Shown: positions 8,369-17,474 of the stretch, in pieces
Numbering within the stretch: the first letter of the stretch is position 1
Layout: each line of letters begins with the position of its first letter
Source of the DNA: a virus
Virus record (IMG/VR): IMGVR_UViG_3300045988_101308
Coordinates: 60,792 to 124,791 of that record
Direction: 5' to 3' (one strand)
Length of the DNA stretch: 64,000 nucleotides
The notes under the pieces: model-generated
Seen by the model: only the letters and a program-made list of their open reading frames with translations
What the model was told of the DNA's origin: nothing
Database searches by the model: none
Position numbers and translations under genes: made by a program

Positions 8369-8570
8369 AATGTTTATGTTACGGGAGAGAGATTAAGAAT
8401 GTTTATGTGATAGGAGAGAAGCTAAAAAAGGTTTGTGTGATGAGGGATATGAAAGATGTTTATGTGATGGGAGAGAGATTAAGAATGTTTATGTGATAGG
8501 AGAGAAGCTAAAAAAGGTTTGTGTGATGAGGGATATGAAAGATGTTTATGTGATGGGAGAGAGGGGGTAC
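8369..8570 (+). repeat. iteron array: 6-7 contiguous copies of a 25-33-bp unit, consensus ATGTTTATGTGATRGGAGAGA; higher-order period 86 bp
   Basis: Unit starts: AATGTTTATGTTACGGGAGAGAGATTAAG (8369), AATGTTTATGTGATAGGAGAGAAGCT... (8398), GTTTGTGTGATGAGGGATATGAAAG (8430), ATGTTTATGTGATGGGAGAGAGATTAAG (8455), then an exact 86-bp repeat of the last three. No spacers, so not CRISPR. Confidence 0.8.
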
Positions 8571-8582
8571 CTATCACGAACC

Positions 8583-8647
8583 TCCCGCCCCCGAAACGCG
8601 TTTTCTCCCCCACACCCCCTTCGCTGGAAAACCGGAAACGCGTTTTT
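8583..8647. promoter_or_regulatory. two copies of the perfect palindrome AAACGCGTTT (8585-8594 and 8636-8645) in a GC-rich spacer next to the iterons
   Basis: CGAAACGCGTTTTC and GGAAACGCGTTTTT. Further ACGCGT cores lie at 9099, 9628 and 9643, giving 5 within 1.1 kb of AT-rich DNA. Confidence 0.5.
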
Positions 8648-8977
8648 ACCTCAAACCTACAAACTGCCTTATTATCAATCACTTATTTAAATTGTTGTAA
8701 ATCAGCTTGTTACGATAACTCGTTGATTGTAAGCCATTTAAGCAAACATATATCCTACATATTAATGTACGCGTGTAATACTGCTCTTGTGTGCTTTGTA
8801 AATTGCTAATAATCAGATGATAGAATCGAAATTAATACAAGTTAACAAAAAAAAGATAGCATATATATTTGTAGTAATGATAAATGTAGTATATTTGCAA
8901 TGTCATCGAGAGAGATGAAAACAGTTAAGTGATGATATACTATATATACGCCGTTGGTAGTATAATGGTTAAATCTC

Positions 8978-9006
8978 GCAACCTATTTGCGTTGTAAATA
9001 GGTTGC
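8978..9006 (+). promoter_or_regulatory. perfect 11-bp inverted repeat (operator or terminator-like hairpin) upstream of 9048..9587
   Basis: GCAACCTATTT-gcgttg-AAATAGGTTGC. TAnnTTTG motifs sit at 8868-8875 and 8890-8897 upstream. Confidence 0.45.
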
Positions 9007-9047
9007 AAATAGAGATGATATTGTTTAACAAATAAATAAATATTGAC

Positions 9048-9587
9048 ATGATTACGAAAAAAAACATTAACAGGTTGCAAAACGTTGTTATAAAAGAAAA
9101 CGCGTCAAATTTAGTTGGCGCGGTAAAACTGTACAACGCTTTATTCGCCAACGGTGCAGATCTAAAGGCTGTTTGCAAGGCTTTGGAAATACCGGCAGAA
9201 TACGCCGTAAAGGTAGCAGCATTGGCAAAGGATAAAAAACGCCTTGTTGCAGTGTGTAGTCAAATGCTGCCAAAGGTTGGCGATACCTTTGTTAAATTTG
9301 CTTTATACTCTAAAGTGTATAAAGATACCAATGCGGACAAAGAAAAAGGAATTGAAGCTAAAACGGCTGATTGGTGCGCCGAGAATGTGGTTTACGGTAG
9401 CGAATATAAAGCATTCGGTTTTACTACTGCCGAATCATTGGAGACTAAAAAAAGTACTAAATGGTTGGTAAAAGAAACCGACGAGTACAAATCTACTTAT
9501 GTGGCTGTTAAGATCAAATCTTATTCAATCCGTACCATTGCAAAGTGTGTAAGTGAATACCTCGCACATGAAAGCAACCAGCAGTAA
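9048..9587 (+). CDS. hypothetical alpha-helical protein (179 aa) embedded in the repeat-rich regulatory region; candidate DNA-binding, partition or initiator factor
   Basis: Flanked by the ACGCGT palindromes and the CCGTT repeat cluster. No motif; function inferred only from context. Confidence 0.4.
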   Translation: MITKKNINRLQNVVIKENASNLVGAVKLYNALFANGADLKAVCKALEIPAEYAVKVAALAKDKKRLVAVCSQMLPKVGDTFVKFALYSKVYKDTNADKEKGIEAKTADWCAENVVYGSEYKAFGFTTAESLETKKSTKWLVKETDEYKSTYVAVKIKSYSIRTIAKCVSEYLAHESNQQ

Positions 9588-10084
9588 CAAGGCACGGAGA
9601 GCGCCGTTAAGCTCTCCAAAGGTTTGACGCGTACCGTTAAACGCGTCTGTACGCCGTTGTCAGTGGGTGCACGTCCCGCGTATGCTTTAGACTGAAGCTG
9701 ACAAAATAGAGAGTTATTTTACATATTGGAGATAGATATACCGTTGCCCTTGCCGTTGGCAATTAAAGGGCTGGTATTACTGCATGGACTATCCGAATAG
9801 GTATAGTTTATGTTAGGTATGTGATTACAGTTTGGAAAACATGCCGTTGTACGAGGTTTATCTCCAGATCGAAACGTGTCTTACTTGCTTACACGAAAAA
9901 TAGAACAAGGCTGTAGATTAAATTACAGGGTACAAGCATGTAGCCTACCATGTAGGTACGTGCCGTATCAAAACGCAAGGACACAATCGCCTTTATTTGT
10001 GGCTAAGTTGTGTAGCAGACGGAAAATATAATAACAACATAGTACGGGCCTGTACACAAGAACTACGTACTAATTACGGGCTGT

Positions 10085-10148
10085 TGGTTGTAGCATAAAA
10101 TTCGTACAGGATAGGAATGCGCGTTCGGTTCGATTCCGGAGCAACCTC
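10085..10148 (+). ncRNA. tRNA-like element A (T arm TTCGG-TTCGATT-CCGGA plus acceptor-like 3' strand GCAACC); too short (about 62 nt) for a canonical tRNA
   Basis: GGTTCGATTCC T-loop identical to that of the tRNA at 3762-3833. A 5' GGTTG can pair with the 3' CAACC. Ends 24 nt before a small ORF at 10172. Confidence 0.35.
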
Positions 10149-10171
10149 TAAATTATAAACAATATAATAAC

Positions 10172-10342
10172 ATGGAAAAGAAAGAAATGATCAACGCTTT
10201 AACTGAAGCGTTCAATAAATCTAAAAACATCTGCGTAAAAATAACATTGCGTAACTATATCGAGACGGTGGAAACACTCAGTGAAAATGAGTATAAAGAG
10301 GCGGAGGGTTTCTATATCGAAGCTCTTAACCGCTGGAGTTAA
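10172..10342 (+). CDS. small hypothetical protein (56 aa)
   Basis: ATG 24 nt downstream of tRNA-like element A. Not in the supplied ORF track because it is under 60 aa. Low confidence. Confidence 0.3.
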   Translation: MEKKEMINALTEAFNKSKNICVKITLRNYIETVETLSENEYKEAEGFYIEALNRWS

Positions 10343-10364
10343 TCATAATTAAAGCATAAAGAAA

Positions 10365-10571
10365 ATGGAAAGGAAATTTAAATCTTATATGGTAGACGTC
10401 CGCGGTCTGTCCAGGAAAGAAGCTAAAGAAAAGCGGAAAAGAGCGTATCGGGAATTTATGTTGTATCGTGATCTCAAAGAAGCGTATCATGCCGATACGG
10501 GAAAGGACAAATGCAAACGTAAAGTCCATACATCACGAACTTACGTGAAGGAAAACATAAACAGTATTTAA
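10365..10571 (+). CDS. small basic protein (68 aa, K/R-rich)
   Basis: Highly basic composition; candidate nucleic-acid-binding protein. Confidence 0.35.
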   Translation: MERKFKSYMVDVRGLSRKEAKEKRKRAYREFMLYRDLKEAYHADTGKDKCKRKVHTSRTYVKENINSI

Positions 10572-10676
10572 ACAGGAGTAGGGTTGTTTCGAATATCGGA
10601 GCAGCCCTATTTTTGTATCCTACTCTTTCTATTTACGGGTAGGATATTCTGAGAGTGAACGGCGGATGTAAGCTAT

Positions 10677-10769
10677 ATTGGTCTAAAACGAAACTAAAAT
10701 AGGATAGTTTGGATATAATGCCGGTATTTTGTCTATATCATGTCGTTAAAATTGGTCTAAAACGAAACT
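10677..10769 (+). repeat. 19-bp perfect direct repeat ATTGGTCTAAAACGAAACT (10677-10695 and 10751-10769)
   Basis: Exact duplicate 74 bp apart within a 1-kb non-coding stretch. Confidence 0.7.
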
Positions 10770-11296
10770 TTATGCGGTTTTCTGGCCAAAAATAGGGTTC
10801 CGGATTCCGCCTTTTTCGTCTCTATAGATTGAAAATTAGGCTTATTGTATTTTTCTTAAAAATTATGTATGCTTGATTATCAATTAGTTAGGTTTTATAA
10901 TCCCCGTATTTTCGGACATACTTATTGTATTTTTTTTATTTTATGTGGTGGTTTTTATTAGTAGCTGACTTGTATTTTCTGTCGGTTGGTATTCGCTCTA
11001 TGTTGGAGTACGGACCGGATCAGTATAATATTGTAATGGTCTTTTGCTTTTCTTTATTGGCTTTGATTATAGGCTTAAATATCTATCTTGATAGGAGGAG
11101 CAGGCGGTAGGGCGTGGGCTGAAGGCTCTCTATTCTCTCTATGGAATGATATTATCTCTAAATACCCCATACTTCATGCCAGAGTATAAGCTTGTAGCGC
11201 TCTCCGTATGCCTGTAGTGAGACCGAGAGCGCAGGTTCTATGCGGAAAGACAGAGGATTAGACGGGGTTGGAGAGGGGGAGAGGGAGGGCACTCTC

Positions 11297-11501
11297 TTCC
11301 CGCAAAATTCAACAGATCAGCGTTTTAAAACAGCATTCTGTAGGTTCTTCCCGCAAAATTCAACAGATCAGCGTTTTAAAACAGCATTCTGTAGGTTCTT
11401 CAAACAAAATTAAGGATTGCAGTGCTTTAAAACAGCATAATGTAGAATTTTCCAACAAAATTAAGACTTACAGCGTTTTTAAAACAGTATTCTGTAGGTA
11501 A
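11297..11501 (+). repeat. 4 x 51-bp tandem repeat (copies 1-2 identical, 3-4 degenerate), each carrying the palindrome GTTTTAAAAC
   Basis: TTCCCGCAAAATTCAACAGATCAGCGTTTTAAAACAGCATTCTGTAGGTTC x2, then TTCAAACAAAATTAAGGATTGCAGTGCTTTAAAACAGCATAATGTAGAATT, then TTCCAACAAAATTAAGACTTACAGCGTTTTTAAAACAGTATTCTGTAGGTA. Confidence 0.85.
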
Positions 11502-11569
11502 GGGTTAAGGACTGTATTATGTGAGTATTTTTTTCAATCGGAATGTATAACAATTAAAACATAAACAAC

Positions 11570-11791
11570 ATGAACGTATATGACTTTGCGCCTGACTTAG
11601 ATTTGAGTAAGGAGGTAGAAGGTTCTATTTTTGGGGTGAAAGGAATAGAAGGTAGTGATGGTATAGTATATGCTAAGGTAGTTAACTGTGTAGAAGTTAA
11701 GGATTACAGTTGTGATAGGTGTATTTTTGATGATTGTTATAAGAATAAATGTTTGTTATCACATAGCAATAGTTGTATAGATGGAGACTGA
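11570..11791 (+). CDS. small Cys-rich protein, paralog family member 1 (73 aa)
   Basis: Shares FxPDLDLSKE...CDRCIFDDC with 13261..13509 and CDRCIFEDYDSCSC with 39169..39366. Confidence 0.5.
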   Translation: MNVYDFAPDLDLSKEVEGSIFGVKGIEGSDGIVYAKVVNCVEVKDYSCDRCIFDDCYKNKCLLSHSNSCIDGD

Positions 11792-12354
11792 TGTTGTAGG
11801 TACGAACAGGCTGCCATAGAGGGGGAGTAGGCGGCGCCTTGGGCTAAGGCCTGCGGTTGTAGGTGGAACGTAGGTCGGAGCAGAGCCAGGACAGTTTATT
11901 GTGGAACGTAAAAAGAAAAAAGATGGAAAGGACAATACATTATATTTGGATAAATTGGGTATCTTCTACAGGTTCGGAAAGTAGTAGGCTAATAAGCAAC
12001 AGGTCTATGCCGGTATCAGATGCCAAAGAGATGATATTAAGAACGAGTGCTAAAGAATTGCTTAAATACAGACCGAGTTGGTTAAAGGACTGTGTTCGTA
12101 TTAGTGTAAGTGCACAGGATATTACGACCGGAGAGATCCTGTATAGAAGAACTATAAACATAAAGAAGAAGGAGATAGCGATATGAAAAAGGCATTTAAG
12201 ATATTTTCTATTATGTTTGTCATAGAAATAGTGCTGATAGCTATTTTAGATGCTATGGCGTAAGTGAGAAAAATTTCTTCATTAATTTTCTTATGCTTTA
12301 GACAGAGTGCTCCCGTCTGCGAAGATCGGAGCACTTGCTTTATGGGATTCATGG

Positions 12355-12388
12355 TGCGGTAGGTCGGTTCGATTCCGGCGATCTCACA
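12355..12388 (+). ncRNA. tRNA-like element B (T arm GTCGG-TTCGATT-CCGGC plus acceptor-like 3' strand GATCTCAC), preceded by the hairpin 12308-12336
   Basis: Same GGTTCGATTCC T-loop. A 5' GTGAGA at 12263-12268 could pair with TCTCAC at 12382-12387. Ends 29 nt before the ATG at 12417. Confidence 0.35.
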
Positions 12389-12416
12389 CAACATTAAAAA
12401 CAAAGGAGGAAAGAAA

Positions 12417-12764
12417 ATGAAAGATGGTATTACATTACATCCAGAACACGGATTGAATCCGTCTATAGAAGTCTGCATGATATGTGGCGAAGAGATGGGG
12501 ATTGCTTTATTAGGGAATAACATCAAAGGGCAGGCGCCGCATCATATATGCACGGGCGGAGTATGTGACAATTGCAAAAAGATAATAGATGACGGAGGTT
12601 GTTTTATTATCGAAGTCGAGGATGGATCAGATCAAAAGAATCCGTATCGTACAGGGAGATATTGTGCGATAAAGAAAGAAGCAGCAAAGAAAATACCTGG
12701 ACAGGAACATAGTGTTGTGTACATGGAAAAGTCTGCGTACAGTCAAATAATACCACAAAAATAA
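12417..12764 (+). CDS. hypothetical Cys-rich protein (115 aa)
   Basis: CMICGEEM ... HHICTGGVCDNCKK ... GGCF suggests zinc binding. Lies directly downstream of tRNA-like element B. Confidence 0.5.
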   Translation: MKDGITLHPEHGLNPSIEVCMICGEEMGIALLGNNIKGQAPHHICTGGVCDNCKKIIDDGGCFIIEVEDGSDQKNPYRTGRYCAIKKEAAKKIPGQEHSVVYMEKSAYSQIIPQK

Positions 12765-12772
12765 AGAAAGAT

Positions 12773-13087
12773 ATGTTTACAAAAGAAGAGCGATTATTCA
12801 TTTGGAAAAAGGTATATGAGATGATTGATTGGCAAGAGGATGGGGAATACATATGTGTTGCGTTAAGAAATGTAGTGTTTATGTATTTCAAAAAACATAA
12901 AAATATTTATGAGTTTCGTTCAGACGAAATGGTGAGAATATATTTCCCGGAATTGGAGGAAAAGAAAAGTATGGCTACAGAACCAGAAGAAGAATGGAGG
13001 ATATATGGATGGTTTGGCAGTATTAGTCCAGAAACGAAGGAGGTGAGGCTAAATATCGTAAAAGACATTATAAAAGAATTAGAATAG
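12773..13087 (+). CDS. hypothetical protein (104 aa)
   Basis: Tiles after 12417..12764; no motif. Confidence 0.4.
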   Translation: MFTKEERLFIWKKVYEMIDWQEDGEYICVALRNVVFMYFKKHKNIYEFRSDEMVRIYFPELEEKKSMATEPEEEWRIYGWFGSISPETKEVRLNIVKDIIKELE

Positions 13088-13147
13088 TATTTTTGTTAAT
13101 CTATTTTATTCATCAAATTAAGTTTTGGGTTTTGGCATGTCGGTTCG

Positions 13148-13241
13148 TGAGAATAGGCATGCCTATTTCTGTATCATAGAGGGATGGCGCGGCGTGCCGG
13201 TATGTATGTGTCGGTTCTGGTTCGATTCCAGGAATCTCACA
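13148..13241 (+). ncRNA. tRNA-like element C (T arm TCTGG-TTCGATT-CCAGG plus acceptor-like 3' strand AATCTCAC; 5' TGAGAAT at 13148-13154 can pair with it)
   Basis: 93-nt span with a 6/7 acceptor-like pairing and a canonical T arm, but no convincing D or anticodon arm. Ends 20 nt before the ATG at 13261. Confidence 0.35.
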
Positions 13242-13260
13242 AACAATAAATCATAATCAT

Positions 13261-13509
13261 ATGGAAGTAATAACATTCAGTCCAGACATGGATTTATCTT
13301 CTAAAGAAGCAGGAGATGTATTTAGATTAAAATTGTATGGCATAGAGTATGATGTCAAAGTAGTTGGTGACGACGAAGATCCTCTTATGTTCTGCAAAGA
13401 TTGTATATTTTTTAACAACTCCGAACGGTGTTCACTCTCAGAATCGCAAGACTGGTGCTTAAAAAAGCAAGTTGTTTACTGTAAAATAAGACATGATGGG
13501 GGAATTTAA
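13261..13509 (+). CDS. small Cys-rich protein, paralog family member 2 (82 aa)
   Basis: MEVITFSPDMDLSSKEAGDVF...CKDCIFFNNSERC parallels 11570..11791. Confidence 0.5.
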   Translation: MEVITFSPDMDLSSKEAGDVFRLKLYGIEYDVKVVGDDEDPLMFCKDCIFFNNSERCSLSESQDWCLKKQVVYCKIRHDGGI

Positions 13510-14274
13510 TGCGAAAGACGCCAATTTCTTATGGCGTCAAATTGGTAGGATTGATGGGGTGATAGAAACTCTGAACCGTACCGAAGGAGAGATGCCGGAA
13601 ATTATAGCCGGAGTGCTAAAAAGAATAAGAGACGATATAGATAAGTTTGTAGATAATAAAACAAAAGATTATGAGAATATACAAGAATGATATTATAAAG
13701 GCGTCAGCAATAAGCACCGGAGCCGACAGAGGCGTGTTGCTGTGTTCAATAACAGATTCAGGCTTTACGTCTATAGCGGGCGTAATATCGGCTGTTAAGG
13801 ATAGGTTACCAAACGAAGATCACAAGAAGATGGTTTTTGAAATCTTGAATGATACGAAAAAAGAGTACGGAAGATATAATAATTGCGGAACAAAAGTATT
13901 GTAATAAAGAGTAGAAAACAATATGTTTATGTAATATTAGTTTTTTCATTTTTATTGAAAGGAGCGCCGGCCTGTGAAGGTATGCGCTCTTTGTATTTGT
14001 ATAATGCATAAAACAATAATAATATGACAGAGAATAGTATAGACGTAAATATCGTACCTGTAAAGAATGGTATGAAACGTGTTGTGGTATCATATTACCA
14101 TTATTCACGCAAGGAGAAAGATCGCATGAGTTCCCAAACGGATTACGTTTGGGAAACAAAGAATGAAGAAATGTTTAAATACTTTGAGGCCAGGAGGACA
14201 AAAGTATTTTATAGTCAGATTCGTGCCATGTGTAGATTCTATGGCAAGAAAAATGTACGTAAATACAAAAAGTT

Positions 14275-15084
14275 ATGATATTAAAAACGACAACCAACGA
14301 GTTTTGTTTCATTAACGTAAGTTTCTACGAAACAATAGCAGATCCTCGTCATTTCTTTGAACAGGATTATGAAGAGATGCCAGAATATGAGGAGGAATCG
14401 GATTTTGATTTTGATTCTTATTACAATAAGTTTATTCCTTTTGTACAGGAATGGGCGAATGAGGTAAGTGAACGCCTTTACGGATATGGCGTGAATAGTA
14501 TAAAGGTAACATCGGTCGGATATCCGAAAGAATATAATTATGGTACTGATTGGATGAACGTAGAGGTAGAGTTTTGTGATGAATGGAGGCAAAAGATGTT
14601 ATCTAACATTAGTAAGATTGTCAATGATGATAAATGCAAGAAGTATGCGGAGACTAATTACCGGTCGGTATCAGGATACATCTTTTTAGGACCTGAAGAT
14701 TTAAAGGAATTTGAAAAGGAAATAATAGAAAGAAAGTCGGATTCCGGATATGATGTAACAATATTATTAAATATGTATCTAACTTTGGCTTTTGTAAAAG
14801 AATTTGGATTTAAAGCCGGAGAAGCATGGAGTGAAATAACAGAATATGCTTACGGATGTTTATCGTATTCCGATTTTGCAACAACAGAGATGCTTATACC
14901 GGAAGGTTCGGAGCATTTATTCAAAGACATTTACACGGCAAAGGCCGACGAATTATATCATCATGTCCTGGATAAATTCGGATGGGCGTGGCGTGATCCG
15001 AAATATAAGTCAGAAACAGAATTATGCGCGATGCTAAAGTGGGCAAAAGAAAAAGGCTTGACCATTGAAGAGTTAAGTATTTAA
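14275..15084 (+). CDS. hypothetical protein (269 aa)
   Basis: Long ORF tiling on the plus strand; acidic N-terminus; no motif. Confidence 0.5.
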   Translation: MILKTTTNEFCFINVSFYETIADPRHFFEQDYEEMPEYEEESDFDFDSYYNKFIPFVQEWANEVSERLYGYGVNSIKVTSVGYPKEYNYGTDWMNVEVEFCDEWRQKMLSNISKIVNDDKCKKYAETNYRSVSGYIFLGPEDLKEFEKEIIERKSDSGYDVTILLNMYLTLAFVKEFGFKAGEAWSEITEYAYGCLSYSDFATTEMLIPEGSEHLFKDIYTAKADELYHHVLDKFGWAWRDPKYKSETELCAMLKWAKEKGLTIEELSI

Positions 15085-16286
15085 TTGTTAAACATAAGGC
15101 AGTAGTGGTGCGTGAGTATAGGTGCTGCCGTTAAAATATTTTATAAGATGAAAAAAGAAGAGATTCAAACTATTTTATACACAATCAAAGAAGGAGACAG
15201 TATTAAAATCAAAGTACAAGACAAAAGTGAAGAGATAAGACTGCGGGATCATGTAAGAAGAGTACAGAAATACGGATACAGGTTTTGTTTGTCTCATTTA
15301 CATGATGGAATTTTCTATCTGGAGAAGTTGAAAGAAGGGGATAAGGATAAATACTATAGAGTAATAAACAGAGGAAATGGAAAGACCGGAGTATAATAAG
15401 CTACGCAAAATGGCTAAGACTACTCCAGGTCTGATAGTGGACGAGGTGCAAAACATGATGCGTGTATCGCTATACGATAATGGGGAACTTAAGAAGGTGG
15501 TAGTAGTAATGAAATGCGATTCTTTTTTACAGTCAAAAAGTAACATAGAAAAGATAATGTTATTATCATCTTCTATAGAAGATAGAAAAAACAAGGAAAA
15601 AAATAAAACAAAATCAGAAAATGAACAGAATAACAAAAATAAGAGAAGAAATAGGAGGAAAACAGGTTGATTTGACCTTTTACGGGCGCTTTTGCAGCCT
15701 TATCGAAGGTGATAGAAAGATAATACTAAGGGCGATAAAAAACGGTCGTAAAAAAGGCGTAATCGGAGCTATTCAGCCTGGGAGACATGATAGAATTTGG
15801 ACCACATGGTCTATTGCTTTTGATGATCTGAAGGTGGGGAATACGGTAGAGTTCAGTACATCTGGAAAATACAATCCAGGTTTTCATTCTACAGAAAAGT
15901 ATGTAGGATGTGTAGAATGGATAAAAGGATCGGAATGTGCGATAAAAACCGGCAATGGAATGGCGGTAGTATTAATTAAACACATAGAAAGGGTAGTAAA
16001 ATGATGGATTTAAGGATGTTTATAGACCTATTTCAGGAGATTGAGGTAGAAAACTTGTTTAAAGCGTTAGATTTATGTATGGAATATGTAAGATTAGATT
16101 TACATGTGTTTAATGTAGGAGCTCATGTAACGTGTTCATACAGCAATGATCTTGAATCTCTTTCACAGGCAGAAGGTTGTAATGTGAATATGATAATAGA
16201 GGTACCCTACTTATTCGAAGCATTCATGGAATATGCTTCACCGGAAATGAAGTTGTATTATGAAAAACTAACAGAGATAGTATAAT

Positions 16287-16760
16287 ATGAAAGAAGAAGT
16301 AGAACGGATAAAGAAGTTGGTAGGCATAGATCATAACAGATGGGAGCAACCTTGTACATGTGATAAATGTAAAAACATGTGTAAAGTTCCTTGTATTGGT
16401 ACGCCAAAAGACATAGAGGCTATCATAGATGCCGGATACGCTGACAGGTTAAAAGAAACAATGTGGATGGTAGGGTATCTTGCAGTGAAAGAAAAACCAA
16501 TAGCGATGATCCAGCCAACAGAGAAAGACGGGTGGTGCGCATTCCGCCAGCCGGGCGGTCTCTGCGAGCTGCATGACCTCGGACTAAAGCCGACTGAAGG
16601 AGTTCTGGCTTCTTGTAAGGTGGTTGAAGAAGACGATATTCCGACATACGAAACATCCGTACTTAGAGCAGTAGCTCACGAGTGGGTTAAGGTGGAGAAC
16701 TTTGGAAATGTAATGAAGGTCGTTTTTAAATTTTTGCATGAAAATGAACGTAGAAAATAA
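16287..16760 (+). CDS. hypothetical Cys-rich protein (157 aa)
   Basis: CTCDKCKNMCKVPC cluster. Contains a GC-rich codon patch at about 16540-16600. Confidence 0.45.
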   Translation: MKEEVERIKKLVGIDHNRWEQPCTCDKCKNMCKVPCIGTPKDIEAIIDAGYADRLKETMWMVGYLAVKEKPIAMIQPTEKDGWCAFRQPGGLCELHDLGLKPTEGVLASCKVVEEDDIPTYETSVLRAVAHEWVKVENFGNVMKVVFKFLHENERRK

Positions 16761-17168
16761 ATTAAATAAAGTGGTTAAGATCCTAAAAGAAAAAGGATTC
16801 GTAGTATATAGAAAGGGCGGGAAGGAGCCAGGTGTATTTTATGCCAAAGAAGGTGACAGCCGGATAGGATTCGTTTATCCAAACAACGGATATATATACG
16901 ACAGGATAAAAATGTGGTCTTTTTCAAGGGTGTATAAACCACATAAGAAAACCGGATCTTCGTGTTTAATGTGTGTCAGCGACGAATTTACTATAGAAAA
17001 TGCGATTAAGAACATAGAGGATAGACTGTGGGTGAATTACATAAAAGACGGTAACAGAAAACGACCAGAAGAATATAAAAATATAAGAGAATTTGTTGGT
17101 AGCTTCACTAAATTCTACAACTCTGTAGAATTAGTTGAGGTTAAGTAGTTTTCCATGTAAGTTAGTTA

Positions 17169-17205
17169 CCGGCACTGGTCTGCGAAGATAGGTGCCGTTT
17201 TTTTT
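17169..17205 (+). terminator. rho-independent terminator after 16738..17148; its loop carries the motif GTCTGCGAAGAT
   Basis: Stem CGGCAC / GTGCCG, 16-nt loop TGGTCTGCGAAGATAG, then TTTTTTTT. Confidence 0.65.
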
Positions 17206-17474
17206 ATTCAAGAAAGGAGGACAAAGATGGAGAAAAGAGACAAGAAGATGCCTTACGAGGTAGTCATACAGGAAAGAAAAAGAGTGGATTTATACGGTAA
17301 CGTAGTGTATTATATCTATTGGTTTGATAAATATGGGTACAATATCACAAAAGAATGGAAATTCTGGAGCAAGGGCCCGAAAAAGAAATACGATAGAGTT
17401 AATCGTTATCTAACGGATAGTTGGCTGAAGGAATACTGTGGGAATAACGATTTAAAGATAAGGAGAATAAAGGA

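Noticed and set aside
8369-8570. Possible CRISPR array, because of regularly repeated 28-bp units
   Set aside because: The units are contiguous and degenerate with no unique spacers and no leader or cas context. This is an iteron or tandem-repeat array.
8433-8809. ORFs 8433..8690 and 8519..8809 (both starting MCDEGYERCLCDGRE) as genes
   Set aside because: They are translations of the 86-bp higher-order iteron repeat; the duplicated N-termini are a repeat artefact.
8930-9010. Possible tRNA at 8944-9010 (D-loop-like TAGTATAATGGTTAAA)
   Set aside because: No acceptor or T arm is present. The region is dominated by a perfect 11-bp inverted repeat, better explained as an operator or terminator hairpin.
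10085-10148. Calling tRNA-like elements A, B and C canonical tRNA genes
   Set aside because: Only the T arm and an acceptor-like strand can be drawn. Lengths (62, about 125 and 93 nt) and the missing D and anticodon arms do not fit a cloverleaf. Kept as tRNA-like ncRNA candidates only.
11268-11501. ORF 11268..11501 (77 aa, SSRKIQQISVLKQHSVG repeats) as a protein-coding gene
   Set aside because: It coincides exactly with the 4 x 51-bp tandem DNA repeat; the periodic peptide reflects DNA repetition, not a protein.
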